DNA of 64,000 bases. Origin: Eubacterium sp. CAG:180. GTDB taxonomy: Bacteria; Bacillota; Clostridia; Oscillospirales; CAG-272. The notes below the pieces were generated by a model. That model had not been told where the DNA came from. It searched no databases and saw only the letters and a list, made by a program, of their open reading frames with translations. Made by a program: the position numbers and the translations under genes. Location of the stretch: the NCBI GenBank assembly GCA_963628215.1, contig CAVGEJ010000001.1, positions 12,571-76,570 of the forward strand, read 5' to 3'. This document shows, one piece after another, positions 16,933-26,806 of the stretch (position 1 is the stretch's first letter; every line of letters starts with the position of its first letter).

Positions 16933-17961
16933 ATGATATTGCGGACGGAACTCGAATCTGAAAGCTATGATATCACAGTGGAACGCGGCGCGCTGGCTCA
17001 TGCGGGGGAAAAGATGAACCTTTCCCGCCGCGCGCTGATCGTCACCGATTCGGGAGTCCCGGAGGAATATGCGAAAACGGTTGCCGCGCAGTGCGCCGCG
17101 CCGACGGTTGTAACCGTTCCGGCAGGCGAGACGAGTAAGAATCTGGCGGTGTTTGGGGCGCTGCTTTCCCGTATGCTCGCGGAAAACTTCACCCGCACCG
17201 ATTGCGTGGTTGCGGTCGGCGGCGGCGTGGTCGGCGACCTCTCGGGCTTTGCGGCGGCATGCTATATGCGCGGCATCGATTTTTACAACGTTCCCACAAC
17301 TCTGCTCGCGCAGGTGGATTCCTCCATCGGCGGCAAAACCGCCGTTGATCTGGACGGCGTGAAGAACTGCGTGGGCGCGTTCTGGCAACCGTGCGCGGTC
17401 GTCATCGACCCGGAGGTGCTTTCCACTCTCCCGAAACGGCAGATCGCAAACGGCATGGCGGAAGTTATAAAAATGGCGCTGACCTCGGACGCGGATCTAT
17501 TTAAGATGTTGGAGGCGGGAATCGCGGACACCGAAACGGTGATTGTGCGCTCTTTGCGGATCAAGAAAGCCGTTGTGGAAGCGGACGTGCACGAGGGCGG
17601 CTTGCGGCGTGTGCTGAATTTCGGGCATACGCTCGGGCACGGCATCGAAAGCGCGGCAGGGTTGCACGGGTTGCTTCACGGCGAATGCGTGGCGCTCGGT
17701 ATGCTCCCGCTCTGCGCGCCCGAGGTGCGGGCACGGCTGTTGCCGCTGTTGAAGCGGCTCGGGCTTCCGACGGTTCTGCCCGTTTCTCCCGAAACGGTTC
17801 TCGGCGCGGTTTGTCACGACAAGAAATGCGACGGCGGGAAAGTTTCCTATGTTTACGTCCCGCACGTTGGGGACTACGAATTCAGACGGTCGGATATCGG
17901 CGCTTTTTGCGACGCCGTGCGGCCGTCGCTCGAAGCAATGCGGAAAGGAGAGACGGAATGA
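16933..17961 (+). CDS. aroB: 3-dehydroquinate synthase
   Basis: VAVGGGVVGDLSGFAAACYMRGIDFYNVPTTLLAQVDSSIGGKTAVD...LNFGHTLGHGIE. Confidence 0.95.
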   Translation: MILRTELESESYDITVERGALAHAGEKMNLSRRALIVTDSGVPEEYAKTVAAQCAAPTVVTVPAGETSKNLAVFGALLSRMLAENFTRTDCVVAVGGGVVGDLSGFAAACYMRGIDFYNVPTTLLAQVDSSIGGKTAVDLDGVKNCVGAFWQPCAVVIDPEVLSTLPKRQIANGMAEVIKMALTSDADLFKMLEAGIADTETVIVRSLRIKKAVVEADVHEGGLRRVLNFGHTLGHGIESAAGLHGLLHGECVALGMLPLCAPEVRARLLPLLKRLGLPTVLPVSPETVLGAVCHDKKCDGGKVSYVYVPHVGDYEFRRSDIGAFCDAVRPSLEAMRKGETE

Positions 17962-19049
17962 AGAATACATTCGGCAACCAGCTGTCGGTCACGCTGTTCG
18001 GGGAAAGCCACGGTTCTGAAATCGGCGCGGTGCTGGACGGCATTGCCCCCGGGATATCCGTGGATGAAGAATTCATCCGCCGTCGGCTCTCTCTGCGCCG
18101 CCCTGCGGGGGACGGGCTTTCCACCGCGCGCGCCGAGAGCGACCCGTTCCGCATTGTCAGCGGCGTGTTTGAGGGAAAGACCACGGGAACGCCGCTCTGC
18201 CTGCTGATTCCGAACGGCGACACGCACAGCCGCGACTATAACCGCGGTATGGCGCGCCCGGGACACGCGGATTACACAGCGGAATGCAAGTATCACGGGT
18301 TTCAGGATTATCGCGGCGGCGGACATTTTTCGGGACGGCTGACCGCGCCGCTCGTCGCAGTCGGCGCGATTCTCCTGTCGGCGCTTGCGAAAAAGCGGAT
18401 TACGGTCGGAACGCATATCGCGTCTCTTGCGGGGATCCCGGACCGTCCGCTTTCCGCTGATCCGACCGCCGACCTGAACCGATTGAACGAAACGCAGTTT
18501 CCGGTTCTGGACGAAGCGGCGGCGGAGCGCATGAAGGATGCAATCCGTTCTGCGGCGGCGGACGGGGACAGCGTGGGCGGCATTCTCGAAACCGCTGTGG
18601 TCGGAATGCCCGCAGGGGTCGGCGAGCCGTGGTTTGACACGGTGGAAGGCATGCTTTCCCACGCGCTGTTCGGAATTCCCGCCGTCAAGGGCGTGGAATT
18701 CGGCGCGGGATTCGGCTTTGCAACCCTGCGCGGGTCTGAAGCAAACGACGGAATGCGCGTGTCGGGCGGTCGGGTGCTTCATACAACCAATCATAACGGC
18801 GGCGTCTGCGGCGGCATTACGAACGGCGCGCCGCTCCTGTTCCGCTGCATAGTCAAGCCCACGCCCTCCGTCGCGCGGGAGCAGGAGAGCATCGACCTTG
18901 AAACGCGGGAGAACGTGCGGTTGGCAATCAGGGGCAGACATGACCCCGCAATCGTTCACCGCGCGCGGGCGGTTGTGGACAGCGTGACCGCGTTGGTTCT
19001 TGCCGACCTGCTCGTCGGGCGGTTCGGAACAGACTATTTAGCCGACTGA
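17958..19049 (+). CDS. aroC: chorismate synthase
   Basis: Internal start MKNTFGNQLSVTLFGESHGSEIGAVLDGIAPG...RPGHADYT...GGGHFSGR...RHDPAIVHRA. ATGA overlap with aroB. Confidence 0.95.
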   Translation: MKNTFGNQLSVTLFGESHGSEIGAVLDGIAPGISVDEEFIRRRLSLRRPAGDGLSTARAESDPFRIVSGVFEGKTTGTPLCLLIPNGDTHSRDYNRGMARPGHADYTAECKYHGFQDYRGGGHFSGRLTAPLVAVGAILLSALAKKRITVGTHIASLAGIPDRPLSADPTADLNRLNETQFPVLDEAAAERMKDAIRSAAADGDSVGGILETAVVGMPAGVGEPWFDTVEGMLSHALFGIPAVKGVEFGAGFGFATLRGSEANDGMRVSGGRVLHTTNHNGGVCGGITNGAPLLFRCIVKPTPSVAREQESIDLETRENVRLAIRGRHDPAIVHRARAVVDSVTALVLADLLVGRFGTDYLAD

Positions 19050-19059
19050 GGGGGACAAC

Positions 19060-20307
19060 ATGCAATACGGATGTATCGGAGAGAAGTTGGGGCACAGCTT
19101 TTCGGCACAGATTCACGCCATGTTGGACAGCCACCCCTATGAACTGTGTGAACTTGCGCAGACAGACCTGCCCGCGTTTCTGGAGAAAAAAGACTTTCGC
19201 GGAATCAATGTCACGATTCCATACAAACAGGCGGTGATCCCGTTTTTGGATGCGATCGATCCTGCGGCGCGGGAGATTGGCGCAGTCAACACGATCGTCA
19301 ACCGGGACGGCAGACTCTGCGGCTATAACACCGATTTTTACGGGCTGAAAACGCTTCTGGAAGCTATCGGCGTTCCCTTGCAGGGCAAAACCGTTGCGAT
19401 TCTCGGCACGGGCGGAACTTCGCTGACCGCCTGCGCGGTCGCGAAAGCGATGGGGGCTTCGGAGATTCTGCGGGTCAGCCGCAGAGCGGGGGAGAACCGC
19501 ATTCCCTATGCGGATTTCTACCGCGACCATGCCGCGCGGGTGCAGATTCTCATCAACACAACGCCGGTTGGAATGTACCCGAATCCAGACGCCTGCCCGG
19601 TGGATCTTGACCGCCTTCCCGCATTGGAAGCGGTCGCAGACCCGATCTATAATCCGCTCCGTTCCGATCTGATTCTCGGCGCGCGGGCGCGCCGGATTCC
19701 CGCACAGGGCGGACTTCTGATGCTGACCGCACAGGCGGTGCGCGCGTCGGAAATCTTCACGGGACAGGTCTATCCTGCGGGAACGGCGGAACATATCTGC
19801 GCGGTGCTGACCGAGAGAAAGGAAAACCTGATTCTTTCGGGAATGCCCGGAAGCGGAAAGACCACGGTCGGTCGGCTGTTGGCACAAAAGACGGGCAGAG
19901 CGTTTCTCGATCTGGACGAGGAGATCACGCAACGGTACGGCAAAACGCCCGCCGATCTGATTGCCGAGGACGGGGAATCGGCGTTCCGCGACACAGAAAC
20001 CGCAGTCCTGCGCGCGGTTCTGGCGGGACTTTCGGGCGCGGTTCTGGCGCTCGGCGGCGGAACAATTCTGCGCGATGAAAACGTGACCATGCTCCGCCGG
20101 AACGGCAGAATCTGCTTTCTGGATCGTCCCGTGGCTGACCTCCTGCCAACCGCAGACCGTCCGCTTTCCGCCACGCGGGAGGCGTTGGAAAAACGGTATG
20201 CAGAACGCATCGACCGCTATCTTGCCACGGCGGATCTCCGCGTTGCGGGCTTCCGAACGCCCGGGGAAGCGGCGGAAATCATCGAAAGGAGCAGAAAAAC
20301 GGTATGA
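19060..20307 (+). CDS. aroE/aroK: fused shikimate dehydrogenase (N-terminal, ~aa 1-250) / shikimate kinase (C-terminal, ~aa 255-415)
   Basis: AroE: GEKLGHSFSAQIH, NVTIPYKQAV, AVNTIV, GYNTD, ILGTGGTS. AroK: LILSGMPGSGKTTVGRLLA...FLDLDEEI...FRDTE...VLALGGG. One uninterrupted 415-aa frame. Confidence 0.9.
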   Translation: MQYGCIGEKLGHSFSAQIHAMLDSHPYELCELAQTDLPAFLEKKDFRGINVTIPYKQAVIPFLDAIDPAAREIGAVNTIVNRDGRLCGYNTDFYGLKTLLEAIGVPLQGKTVAILGTGGTSLTACAVAKAMGASEILRVSRRAGENRIPYADFYRDHAARVQILINTTPVGMYPNPDACPVDLDRLPALEAVADPIYNPLRSDLILGARARRIPAQGGLLMLTAQAVRASEIFTGQVYPAGTAEHICAVLTERKENLILSGMPGSGKTTVGRLLAQKTGRAFLDLDEEITQRYGKTPADLIAEDGESAFRDTETAVLRAVLAGLSGAVLALGGGTILRDENVTMLRRNGRICFLDRPVADLLPTADRPLSATREALEKRYAERIDRYLATADLRVAGFRTPGEAAEIIERSRKTV

Positions 20308-20738
20308 AACTGTATGTTCTGAACGGACCGAACCTGAATCTGCTCGGGATTCGCGAGCCGGATCAATATGGCTCCGAAAGTTTTGCGCATCTGACCGGGC
20401 GGATTGCAACGCACTGTGCGGAGCGCGGAATCGAAGTGATTCAGAAGCAATCCAACCATGAGGGCGATCTGGTGGACTGGATACAGGAAGCCTATTTTGC
20501 ACACGCGGACGGGCTTGTTATCAACCCGGGCGCATACACGCACACGAGCATCGCGCTCCTTGACGCACTCAAAGCAACGAAGTTGCGGGCGGTGGAAGTC
20601 CATATTTCCAAGGTGGAGGAACGCGAAGCCTTCCGTCAGGTCAGCTACCTGCGCGCCGCCTGCGAAAAGACGATTACGGGGCACGGAACAGACGGGTATC
20701 TGGAAGCGATCGATTACCTTGCGGAGGGTTGCGCATGA
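20304..20738 (+). CDS. aroQ: type II 3-dehydroquinate dehydratase
   Basis: MKLYVLNGPNLNLLGIREPDQYG...SNHEGDLVDWIQ...INPGAYTHTSIAL. Confidence 0.95.
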   Translation: MKLYVLNGPNLNLLGIREPDQYGSESFAHLTGRIATHCAERGIEVIQKQSNHEGDLVDWIQEAYFAHADGLVINPGAYTHTSIALLDALKATKLRAVEVHISKVEEREAFRQVSYLRAACEKTITGHGTDGYLEAIDYLAEGCA

Positions 20739-21943
20739 AAGTACGGATTCATGCGGGGCGCGCGGCGGGAGAAGTCCGCGTCCCTCCTTCCAAAAGCGTC
20801 GCGCACAGAATGCTGATCTGCGCGGGACTTGCCGAAGGAGTCAGCACCGTCCGGAACGCAGGGGACTGCGAGGACATTCTCGCAACGCTCGACTGCCTTT
20901 CCCGTCTCGGAGCAGACTGCAGGCGGGAGGGGGACGCGGTAACGGTTCGCGGCGGACTGCTCCGCACAGCGCCGACCGAAGCGCTCCCTTGCCGGGAGAG
21001 CGGAAGCACGCTCCGCTTTCTCATTCCGCTTGCGCTGACCGCGCGGTTTCCCGTCGCGTTTACGGGTTACGGGAGACTCCCCGAGCGCCCGCAGACGGTT
21101 TACGAAACAATCTGCGCAGGGCAGGGGCTGACGTTTGCGCGCGACGGGCAGACAATCCGCGTTTGCGGACCGCTTCGCGGCGGCGAGTTCCGCGTGGCGG
21201 GGAACATCAGCAGTCAGTTCGTCACGGGACTGCTCTTCGCCCTGCCAACGCTCCCCGAGCCGAGCAGGATCACTCTGCTTCCGCCGGTGGAAAGCCGTTC
21301 TTATATCGATCTGACTCTGGACGTGCTGAAAAAATTCGGCATCCGCGCGGAATGGGAGAACGAAACCGCGCTTGCCGTGCCGTGCGGTCAGCGCTTTACG
21401 CCATGCGACTGCGAGGCGGAGGGCGATTGGTCGGCGGGCGCGTTCTGGGAAGCGCTCGGGCGCATGGGCGATAATGTGATTCGGATTCCGAACCTGAATC
21501 CGAACTCGCGGCAGGGGGATCGCGTTTGCGCCGCTTATCTCGACGCACTCCGGGACGGTTCTGCAACGCTCTCGCTTGCCGACTGTCCCGATCTCGGTCC
21601 GATGCTCTTTGCCTATGCCGCCGCGATGCACGGCGGAACGTTTACCGATGCCGGACGACTGCGCATCAAGGAAAGCGACCGCATCGGCGCAATGCGGGAA
21701 GAACTCGCCAAATGCGGCGTTGAACTTTCCGATTCCGGCGATACCGTAACCGTCGGGGGCGGGACATTACACGCGCCGGACTCGCCCTTGAACGGACACG
21801 GCGATCATCGGATCGTGATGGCGTTGGCGATTCTTGCCACGCGCACGGGCGGCGAGATCGAAGGCGCAGAAGCCGTGCGGAAAAGCTATCCGTCCTTCTG
21901 GGAGGATCTCGGCGCGCTCGGAATTCACTGTGAAATCAAATAA
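20735..21943 (+). CDS. aroA: 3-phosphoshikimate 1-carboxyvinyltransferase (EPSP synthase)
   Basis: MKVRIHAG...PPSKSVAHRMLI...ESGSTLRFL...DHRIVMA. ATG at 20735 after GGAGGG, with ATGA overlap with aroQ. The track uses an upstream TTG. Confidence 0.93.
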   Translation: MKVRIHAGRAAGEVRVPPSKSVAHRMLICAGLAEGVSTVRNAGDCEDILATLDCLSRLGADCRREGDAVTVRGGLLRTAPTEALPCRESGSTLRFLIPLALTARFPVAFTGYGRLPERPQTVYETICAGQGLTFARDGQTIRVCGPLRGGEFRVAGNISSQFVTGLLFALPTLPEPSRITLLPPVESRSYIDLTLDVLKKFGIRAEWENETALAVPCGQRFTPCDCEAEGDWSAGAFWEALGRMGDNVIRIPNLNPNSRQGDRVCAAYLDALRDGSATLSLADCPDLGPMLFAYAAAMHGGTFTDAGRLRIKESDRIGAMREELAKCGVELSDSGDTVTVGGGTLHAPDSPLNGHGDHRIVMALAILATRTGGEIEGAEAVRKSYPSFWEDLGALGIHCEIK

Positions 21944-21952
21944 GGAATCATT

Positions 21953-22807
21953 ATGGAACTCAATCGGAATACACGGATTCTCATTGTCGGTCTCGGCGTT
22001 ATCGGGGGCGGTTACGCCAAGGCGCTGACCCGGCAGGGATATCACGTTACCTGCATTACAAAGGAACAAAAGGACATTGACTATGCCGAGGCGCACGGCA
22101 TCATCCGCTCGGGCTACACCGAGCCGCGCCCGGACATCCTCGCGGAGGCGGATCTTGTGGTGCTTGCGCTCTACCCGCATATCGCGATTGAATGGATGAA
22201 GCAGAACCAACAGCATCTGTGCGCGGGAATTCTCGTGACGGATGTAACCGGCGTTAAATCCCGCTTTCTTGCCGAAATGGCGCAGATTCTGCGCCCGGAT
22301 ATCGAATTCATCGCCGCGCACCCGATGGCGGGGCGGGAATCAAGCGGCGTGGAATACAGCAACGACGAAGTGTTCCGCGGCGCAAACTACATCGTGGTAC
22401 CCACCGGGCGGAACACGCCGGAGGGCATTGCAACCTGCCGCAGACTCGGGGAAATTCTCGGGTTCGGCAGAATCACGGAACTGGACGCCGCCGCGCACGA
22501 CCGCATGATTGCGTTTCTCTCTCAGCTGACCCACTGCATTGCCGTGGCGCTGATGGACTGCAACACCGACGAGGGCTTGGAAAACTACACGGGAGACTCC
22601 TTCCGTGATCTGACGCGGATCGCAAAGATCAACGACGAGATGTGGAGCGAACTGTTCCTGTGGAATCGCGAGGCGTTGCTTGAGCAGATGGACTGTTTTG
22701 AGGAAACGCTTGCCCGTTTCCGCGGATTTCTGGAAGCGGGAGACCGCGAGGGAATGCGGGAAATGATGCGTACCTCCACCCGCCGCCGCGCACGATTTGA
22801 TAAATGA
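21953..22807 (+). CDS. tyrA: prephenate dehydrogenase
   Basis: RILIVGLGVIGGGYAKAL (Rossmann), AAHPMAGRE, SFRDLTRIA. Confidence 0.9.
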   Translation: MELNRNTRILIVGLGVIGGGYAKALTRQGYHVTCITKEQKDIDYAEAHGIIRSGYTEPRPDILAEADLVVLALYPHIAIEWMKQNQQHLCAGILVTDVTGVKSRFLAEMAQILRPDIEFIAAHPMAGRESSGVEYSNDEVFRGANYIVVPTGRNTPEGIATCRRLGEILGFGRITELDAAAHDRMIAFLSQLTHCIAVALMDCNTDEGLENYTGDSFRDLTRIAKINDEMWSELFLWNREALLEQMDCFEETLARFRGFLEAGDREGMREMMRTSTRRRARFDK

Positions 22808-22823
22808 AAGGAAAAACGATAAT

Positions 22824-23858
22824 ATGAATATGCAATTTTACCGTAAACTCCCGATCCCGAAGGAGATCAAGGAGCAATACCCCGCAACGCCCGAGATTAC
22901 AGCGGCGCGGGAAAGTTGGGTCAATCAGATCAAAGCGATTCTGGACGGCAGAGACGATCGGCTTCTGTTGGTCATCGGTCCTTGCTCGGCAGACGCAGAG
23001 GACACGGTTCTGCGCTATATCTACCGTCTGCGCGAGGTACAGGACAGAGTGTCCGACCGCATTCTGATCGTCCCGCGCATCTATACCAACAAGCCCCGCA
23101 CCACGGGCGACGGCTACAAAGGCATGCTCCACCAACCCGACCCCGAATCCGAGCCGGATCTTTTGCGCGGTTTGGTTTCCATCCGCAAGCTTCATATGCG
23201 CGCGATTGCGGAAACGGGCTTCGGTTGCGCGGACGAGATGCTGTACCCCGAAAACCACCGCTATCTTTCGGATCTGCTGGCATATGTCGCGGTCGGTGCG
23301 CGGTCGGTGGAGGATCAGCAACACCGCATGACCGCGAGCGGGCTGGACATTCCCGTCGGCATGAAGAACCCCACGGGCGGGGATATCACCGTGATGATGA
23401 ACTCCATCACCGCCGCACAGCATTCGCATATGTTCCTCTACCGCGGGTGGGAAGTGCGGAGCGCGGGAAACCCCTACGCCCACGCGATTCTGCGCGGCTA
23501 TGTTAACAAGCACGGGCAGTCGCTCCCGAACTACCACTACGAGGATCTGATCCATCTGGCGCAGTCCTACGAGGCAAGCGGACTTGCCAATCCTGCGGTC
23601 GTGGTGGATACCAACCATGCCAATTCGGGCAAACAGTATCTCGAACAGCCGAGAATTGCCAAGGAGATTCTGCATTCCCGCCGCTGCTCTCCGGAAGTGC
23701 GCGGACTGGTCAAGGGACTGATGATCGAAAGCTATCTGGAGGACGGCGCGCAGAAGATCGGCGCGGAGAATTTCGTCCCGGGTAGATCCATCACCGACCC
23801 CTGCCTCGGTTGGGAAAAGACCGAACGCCTGATCTGTGAACTTGCGGAGCAGTGCTGA
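22824..23858 (+). CDS. 3-deoxy-7-phosphoheptulonate (DAHP) synthase, class I-alpha (AroF/G/H type)
   Basis: MNMQFYRKLPIPKEIKEQYP...LLLVIGPCS...PRIYTNKPRTT...YKGM...GARSVEDQQHR...VGMKN...DTNHANS. AAAGGAAAA RBS. Confidence 0.9.
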   Translation: MNMQFYRKLPIPKEIKEQYPATPEITAARESWVNQIKAILDGRDDRLLLVIGPCSADAEDTVLRYIYRLREVQDRVSDRILIVPRIYTNKPRTTGDGYKGMLHQPDPESEPDLLRGLVSIRKLHMRAIAETGFGCADEMLYPENHRYLSDLLAYVAVGARSVEDQQHRMTASGLDIPVGMKNPTGGDITVMMNSITAAQHSHMFLYRGWEVRSAGNPYAHAILRGYVNKHGQSLPNYHYEDLIHLAQSYEASGLANPAVVVDTNHANSGKQYLEQPRIAKEILHSRRCSPEVRGLVKGLMIESYLEDGAQKIGAENFVPGRSITDPCLGWEKTERLICELAEQC

Positions 23859-23891
23859 CGGAAAACCGCCCGAAAAAATTCCCTTTCATGG

Positions 23892-23939
23892 CAACTATAT
23901 GTTGTAAATACCACTTGACAAAAACACAAGATGTGGTAT
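23892..23939. promoter_or_regulatory. two candidate NrdR boxes flanking/overlapping the nrdD promoter
   Basis: CAACTATATGTTGTAA (23892-23907) and ACACAAGATGTGGTAT (23924-23939) match 11/16 and 12/16 positions of the remembered NrdR consensus acaCwAtATaTwGtgt. Centres are ~32 bp apart (3 helical turns). Confidence 0.35.
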
Positions 23940-23942
23940 AAT
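23915..23942 (+). promoter_or_regulatory. nrdDG promoter
   Basis: TTGACA (23915-23920), 16 nt, TGG-TATAAT (23937-23942). About 100-nt leader to the ATG at 24052. Confidence 0.6.
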
Positions 23943-24051
23943 AATATCGCTATCTCTCGCAGGCGGCACAAGATACGGAAACCCATGGCGCGACGTGCAC
24001 ACCCCCGCGTCTCCCGATAGCACAGCCGATATTACATTGAAGGAGGAAATC

Positions 24052-26226
24052 ATGAAAGTCATCAAAAGAAACGGTTCGGAAGTTGTATTTGATATTTCCA
24101 AAATCATTACCGCAATCACAAAAGCCAACAATGCCGTTGGCGAATCCGAGCGTATGACCCCCATGCAGATCCGTCGGATTGCCGAAGCGGTTGAACTGAA
24201 CTGCATCCGCATGAACCGCGCCCCCGGGGTGGAGGAAATTCAGGATCTTGTGGAAAAGCAGATCATGGCGCACGGCGCTTATGAGGTTGCGAAGGAATAT
24301 ATTACCTACCGTTATACGCGGAATCTCGTGCGCCGCTCCAATACAACGGACGAACGGATTCTGAGTCTGATCGAATGCTGCAATGAGGAAGCGAAGCAGG
24401 AGAACGCGAACAAGAACCCCACCGTCAACAGCGTTCAGCGCGACTATATGGCGGGCGAGGTCAGTCGCGACCTGACCGAACGTCTGCTCCTGCCGCAGGT
24501 TATTGTCGAAGCGCACCGCGACGGCATCATCCATTTCCACGACGCGGATTACTATGCGCAGCATATGCACAACTGCGATCTGGTCAATCTGGAGGATATG
24601 CTCCAGAACGGAACCGTGATTTCGGGCACGATGATCGAACGTCCGCACAGCTTTTCCACCGCCTGCAACATCGCAACCCAGATCATTGCGCAGGTTGCGA
24701 GCAACCAGTACGGCGGGCAGAGCATTTCGCTGACGCATCTGGCACCGTTCGTGCAGGTCAGCCGCGAGAAGATCGCGAAGAATCTGCGCGAGGAACTGAA
24801 CGACGCGGGGGCGGAAATCTCGGAAGAGAAATTTCATAAGATGGTTGAGAGCCGCCTGCGCGAGGAAATCCGCCGCGGCGTGCAGACCATTCAGTATCAG
24901 GTCGTTACGCTTCTGACCACAAACGGACAAGCTCCTTTTGTCACGGTCTTTATGTACCTTGGCGAAGCGAAGGACGAGCAGGAAAAGCACGACCTTGCCA
25001 TTATCATCGAGGAAACTCTGCTTCAGCGCTATCAGGGCGTGAAGAACGAAGAAGGTGTATATGTCACGCCCGCGTTCCCGAAGCTGATTTATGTGTTGGA
25101 AGAGCAGAACATCCACGAGGATTCGCCGTACTACTATCTGACCAGACTGGCGGCAAAGTGCACGGCAAAGCGGATGGTTCCCGACTACATCTCCGAGAAG
25201 AAGATGCTGGAGCTGAAAGTCGACAAGAATGGGCAGGGGCACTGCTACACCTGCATGGGTTGCCGCAGTTTCCTCACGCCGTATGTCGACGAGAATGGCA
25301 AACCGAAGTACTACGGGCGGTTCAATCAGGGCGTTGTGACCCTGAATCTGGTGGACGTCGCGCTGTCGTCGGGCGGAAACATCGAGAAGTTCTGGAAGAT
25401 TTTCGACGAGCGGTTGGAGTTGTGCCACAAGGCGCTGATGTGCCGCCACGAAAGACTCAAGGGAACGCTTTCGGACGCTGCACCGATTCTGTGGCAGTAC
25501 GGCGCGCTGGCAAGACTGAAGAAGGGCGAACCGATTGACAAGCTGCTCTACGGCGGATATTCCACCATCTCTCTCGGCTATGCGGGGCTTTACGAGTGCG
25601 TGAAGTACATGACCGGCAAGAGCCACACCGACCCGAGCGCAACGCCGTTTGCACTGGAAGTCATGAAGTACATGAACGCCGCCTGCAAGAGATGGAAGGA
25701 AGCGCACAACATCGACTTCAGCCTTTACGGAACGCCGCTCGAATCCACCACCTATAAGTTTGCAAAATGCCTCCAGAAGCGGTTCGGCATTATCCCCGGT
25801 ATCACCGACAAGGGATATATCACCAACAGCTACCATATCCATGTCACCGAGCAGATCGACGCATTCTCCAAACTTGCGTTTGAAGCGCAGTTCCAGGCGC
25901 TGTCTCCCGGAGGCGCTATCAGCTATGTCGAAGTTCCGAATATGCAGCAGAACATCGAGGCGGTTCTGCAGGTGATGAAGTTCATTTACGACCACATCAT
26001 GTACGCCGAACTGAACACCAAATCCGACTACTGCCAGGTCTGCGGGTACGACGGCGAGATCAACATCGTGGAAGAGGACGGCAAACTGATCTGGAGATGC
26101 CCGAAGTGCGGCAACACCGACCAGAGCAAGATGAACGTGGCAAGACGAACCTGCGGTTATATCGGAACGCAGTTCTGGAATCAGGGCAGAACGCAGGAAA
26201 TCAAAGAGCGGGTGCTCCATCTGTGA
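24052..26226 (+). CDS. nrdD: anaerobic ribonucleoside-triphosphate reductase (class III)
   Basis: Start MKVIKRNGSEVVFDISKI (ATP-cone) after GAAGGAGG. C-terminal Zn site CQVCGY...CPKCG and glycyl-radical motif RRTCGYIG. Confidence 0.95.
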   Translation: MKVIKRNGSEVVFDISKIITAITKANNAVGESERMTPMQIRRIAEAVELNCIRMNRAPGVEEIQDLVEKQIMAHGAYEVAKEYITYRYTRNLVRRSNTTDERILSLIECCNEEAKQENANKNPTVNSVQRDYMAGEVSRDLTERLLLPQVIVEAHRDGIIHFHDADYYAQHMHNCDLVNLEDMLQNGTVISGTMIERPHSFSTACNIATQIIAQVASNQYGGQSISLTHLAPFVQVSREKIAKNLREELNDAGAEISEEKFHKMVESRLREEIRRGVQTIQYQVVTLLTTNGQAPFVTVFMYLGEAKDEQEKHDLAIIIEETLLQRYQGVKNEEGVYVTPAFPKLIYVLEEQNIHEDSPYYYLTRLAAKCTAKRMVPDYISEKKMLELKVDKNGQGHCYTCMGCRSFLTPYVDENGKPKYYGRFNQGVVTLNLVDVALSSGGNIEKFWKIFDERLELCHKALMCRHERLKGTLSDAAPILWQYGALARLKKGEPIDKLLYGGYSTISLGYAGLYECVKYMTGKSHTDPSATPFALEVMKYMNAACKRWKEAHNIDFSLYGTPLESTTYKFAKCLQKRFGIIPGITDKGYITNSYHIHVTEQIDAFSKLAFEAQFQALSPGGAISYVEVPNMQQNIEAVLQVMKFIYDHIMYAELNTKSDYCQVCGYDGEINIVEEDGKLIWRCPKCGNTDQSKMNVARRTCGYIGTQFWNQGRTQEIKERVLHL

Positions 26227-26227
26227 T

Positions 26228-26752
26228 ATGAATTACTGCGAGATCAAGAAATGCGACATCGCGAACGGCATCGGCGTGCGAACCACGCTGTTCGTCTCGG
26301 GGTGTACCAACCATTGCGAAGAATGCTTTCAACCCCAGACATGGGATTTTGACTACGGAAAGCCTTTTACGGAAGAGACCGAGGATGAACTCATTGCCGC
26401 CTGCAAGCCGTTTTATATCAACGGTCTGACCCTGCTCGGCGGAGAACCGTTCGAGCCGTCCAATCAGCGCGCGCTGGTGCCGTTTCTGCACCGCTTTCGC
26501 GAGGAATGTCCCGGAAAAACGGTCTGGGCGTTCAGCGGATTTACGCTTGACAAGGAGTTGCTCGCAGACGGGTCGCACGCGAGATGCGAGGTCACCGACG
26601 AGATGCTGTCGCTGATCGACGTCCTGGTGGACGGGCGGTTCGTCCGCGCGCTTAAGGATATCTCCCTGCGCTTTCGCGGCTCTTCCAATCAGCGTGTGAT
26701 CGATCTGAACAAAACCAGAGAGGCGGGAAGCATCGTTCTGTGGAACGACTGA
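26228..26752 (+). CDS. nrdG: anaerobic RNR activating radical-SAM protein
   Basis: DIANGIGVRTTLFVSGCTNHCEECFQPQTW (CxxxCxxC cluster). Starts 1 nt after the nrdD stop. Confidence 0.95.
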   Translation: MNYCEIKKCDIANGIGVRTTLFVSGCTNHCEECFQPQTWDFDYGKPFTEETEDELIAACKPFYINGLTLLGGEPFEPSNQRALVPFLHRFREECPGKTVWAFSGFTLDKELLADGSHARCEVTDEMLSLIDVLVDGRFVRALKDISLRFRGSSNQRVIDLNKTREAGSIVLWND

Positions 26753-26770
26753 CGGAAAAACATGAAAAAA

Positions 26771-26806
26771 AGCCCCCGCGCGGTGTGGAAATGCCGCGCG
26801 GGGGCT
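26771..26806 (+). terminator. terminator after nrdG (13-bp perfect GC stem)
   Basis: AGCCCCCGCGCGG-N10-CCGCGCGGGGGCT followed by TGACCTTTTCC. The U-tract is interrupted, and the 3' end overlaps the proB -35. Confidence 0.65.

Noticed and set aside
23943-24051. Cobalamin riboswitch or other riboswitch in the nrdD leader; T-box leaders before proB, gltX/glnS or the aro operon
   Set aside because: I found no B12-box-like GCCACTG or conserved multi-stem architecture in the nrdD leader. The other leaders are only ~30-40 nt, too short for T-box or attenuator structures.
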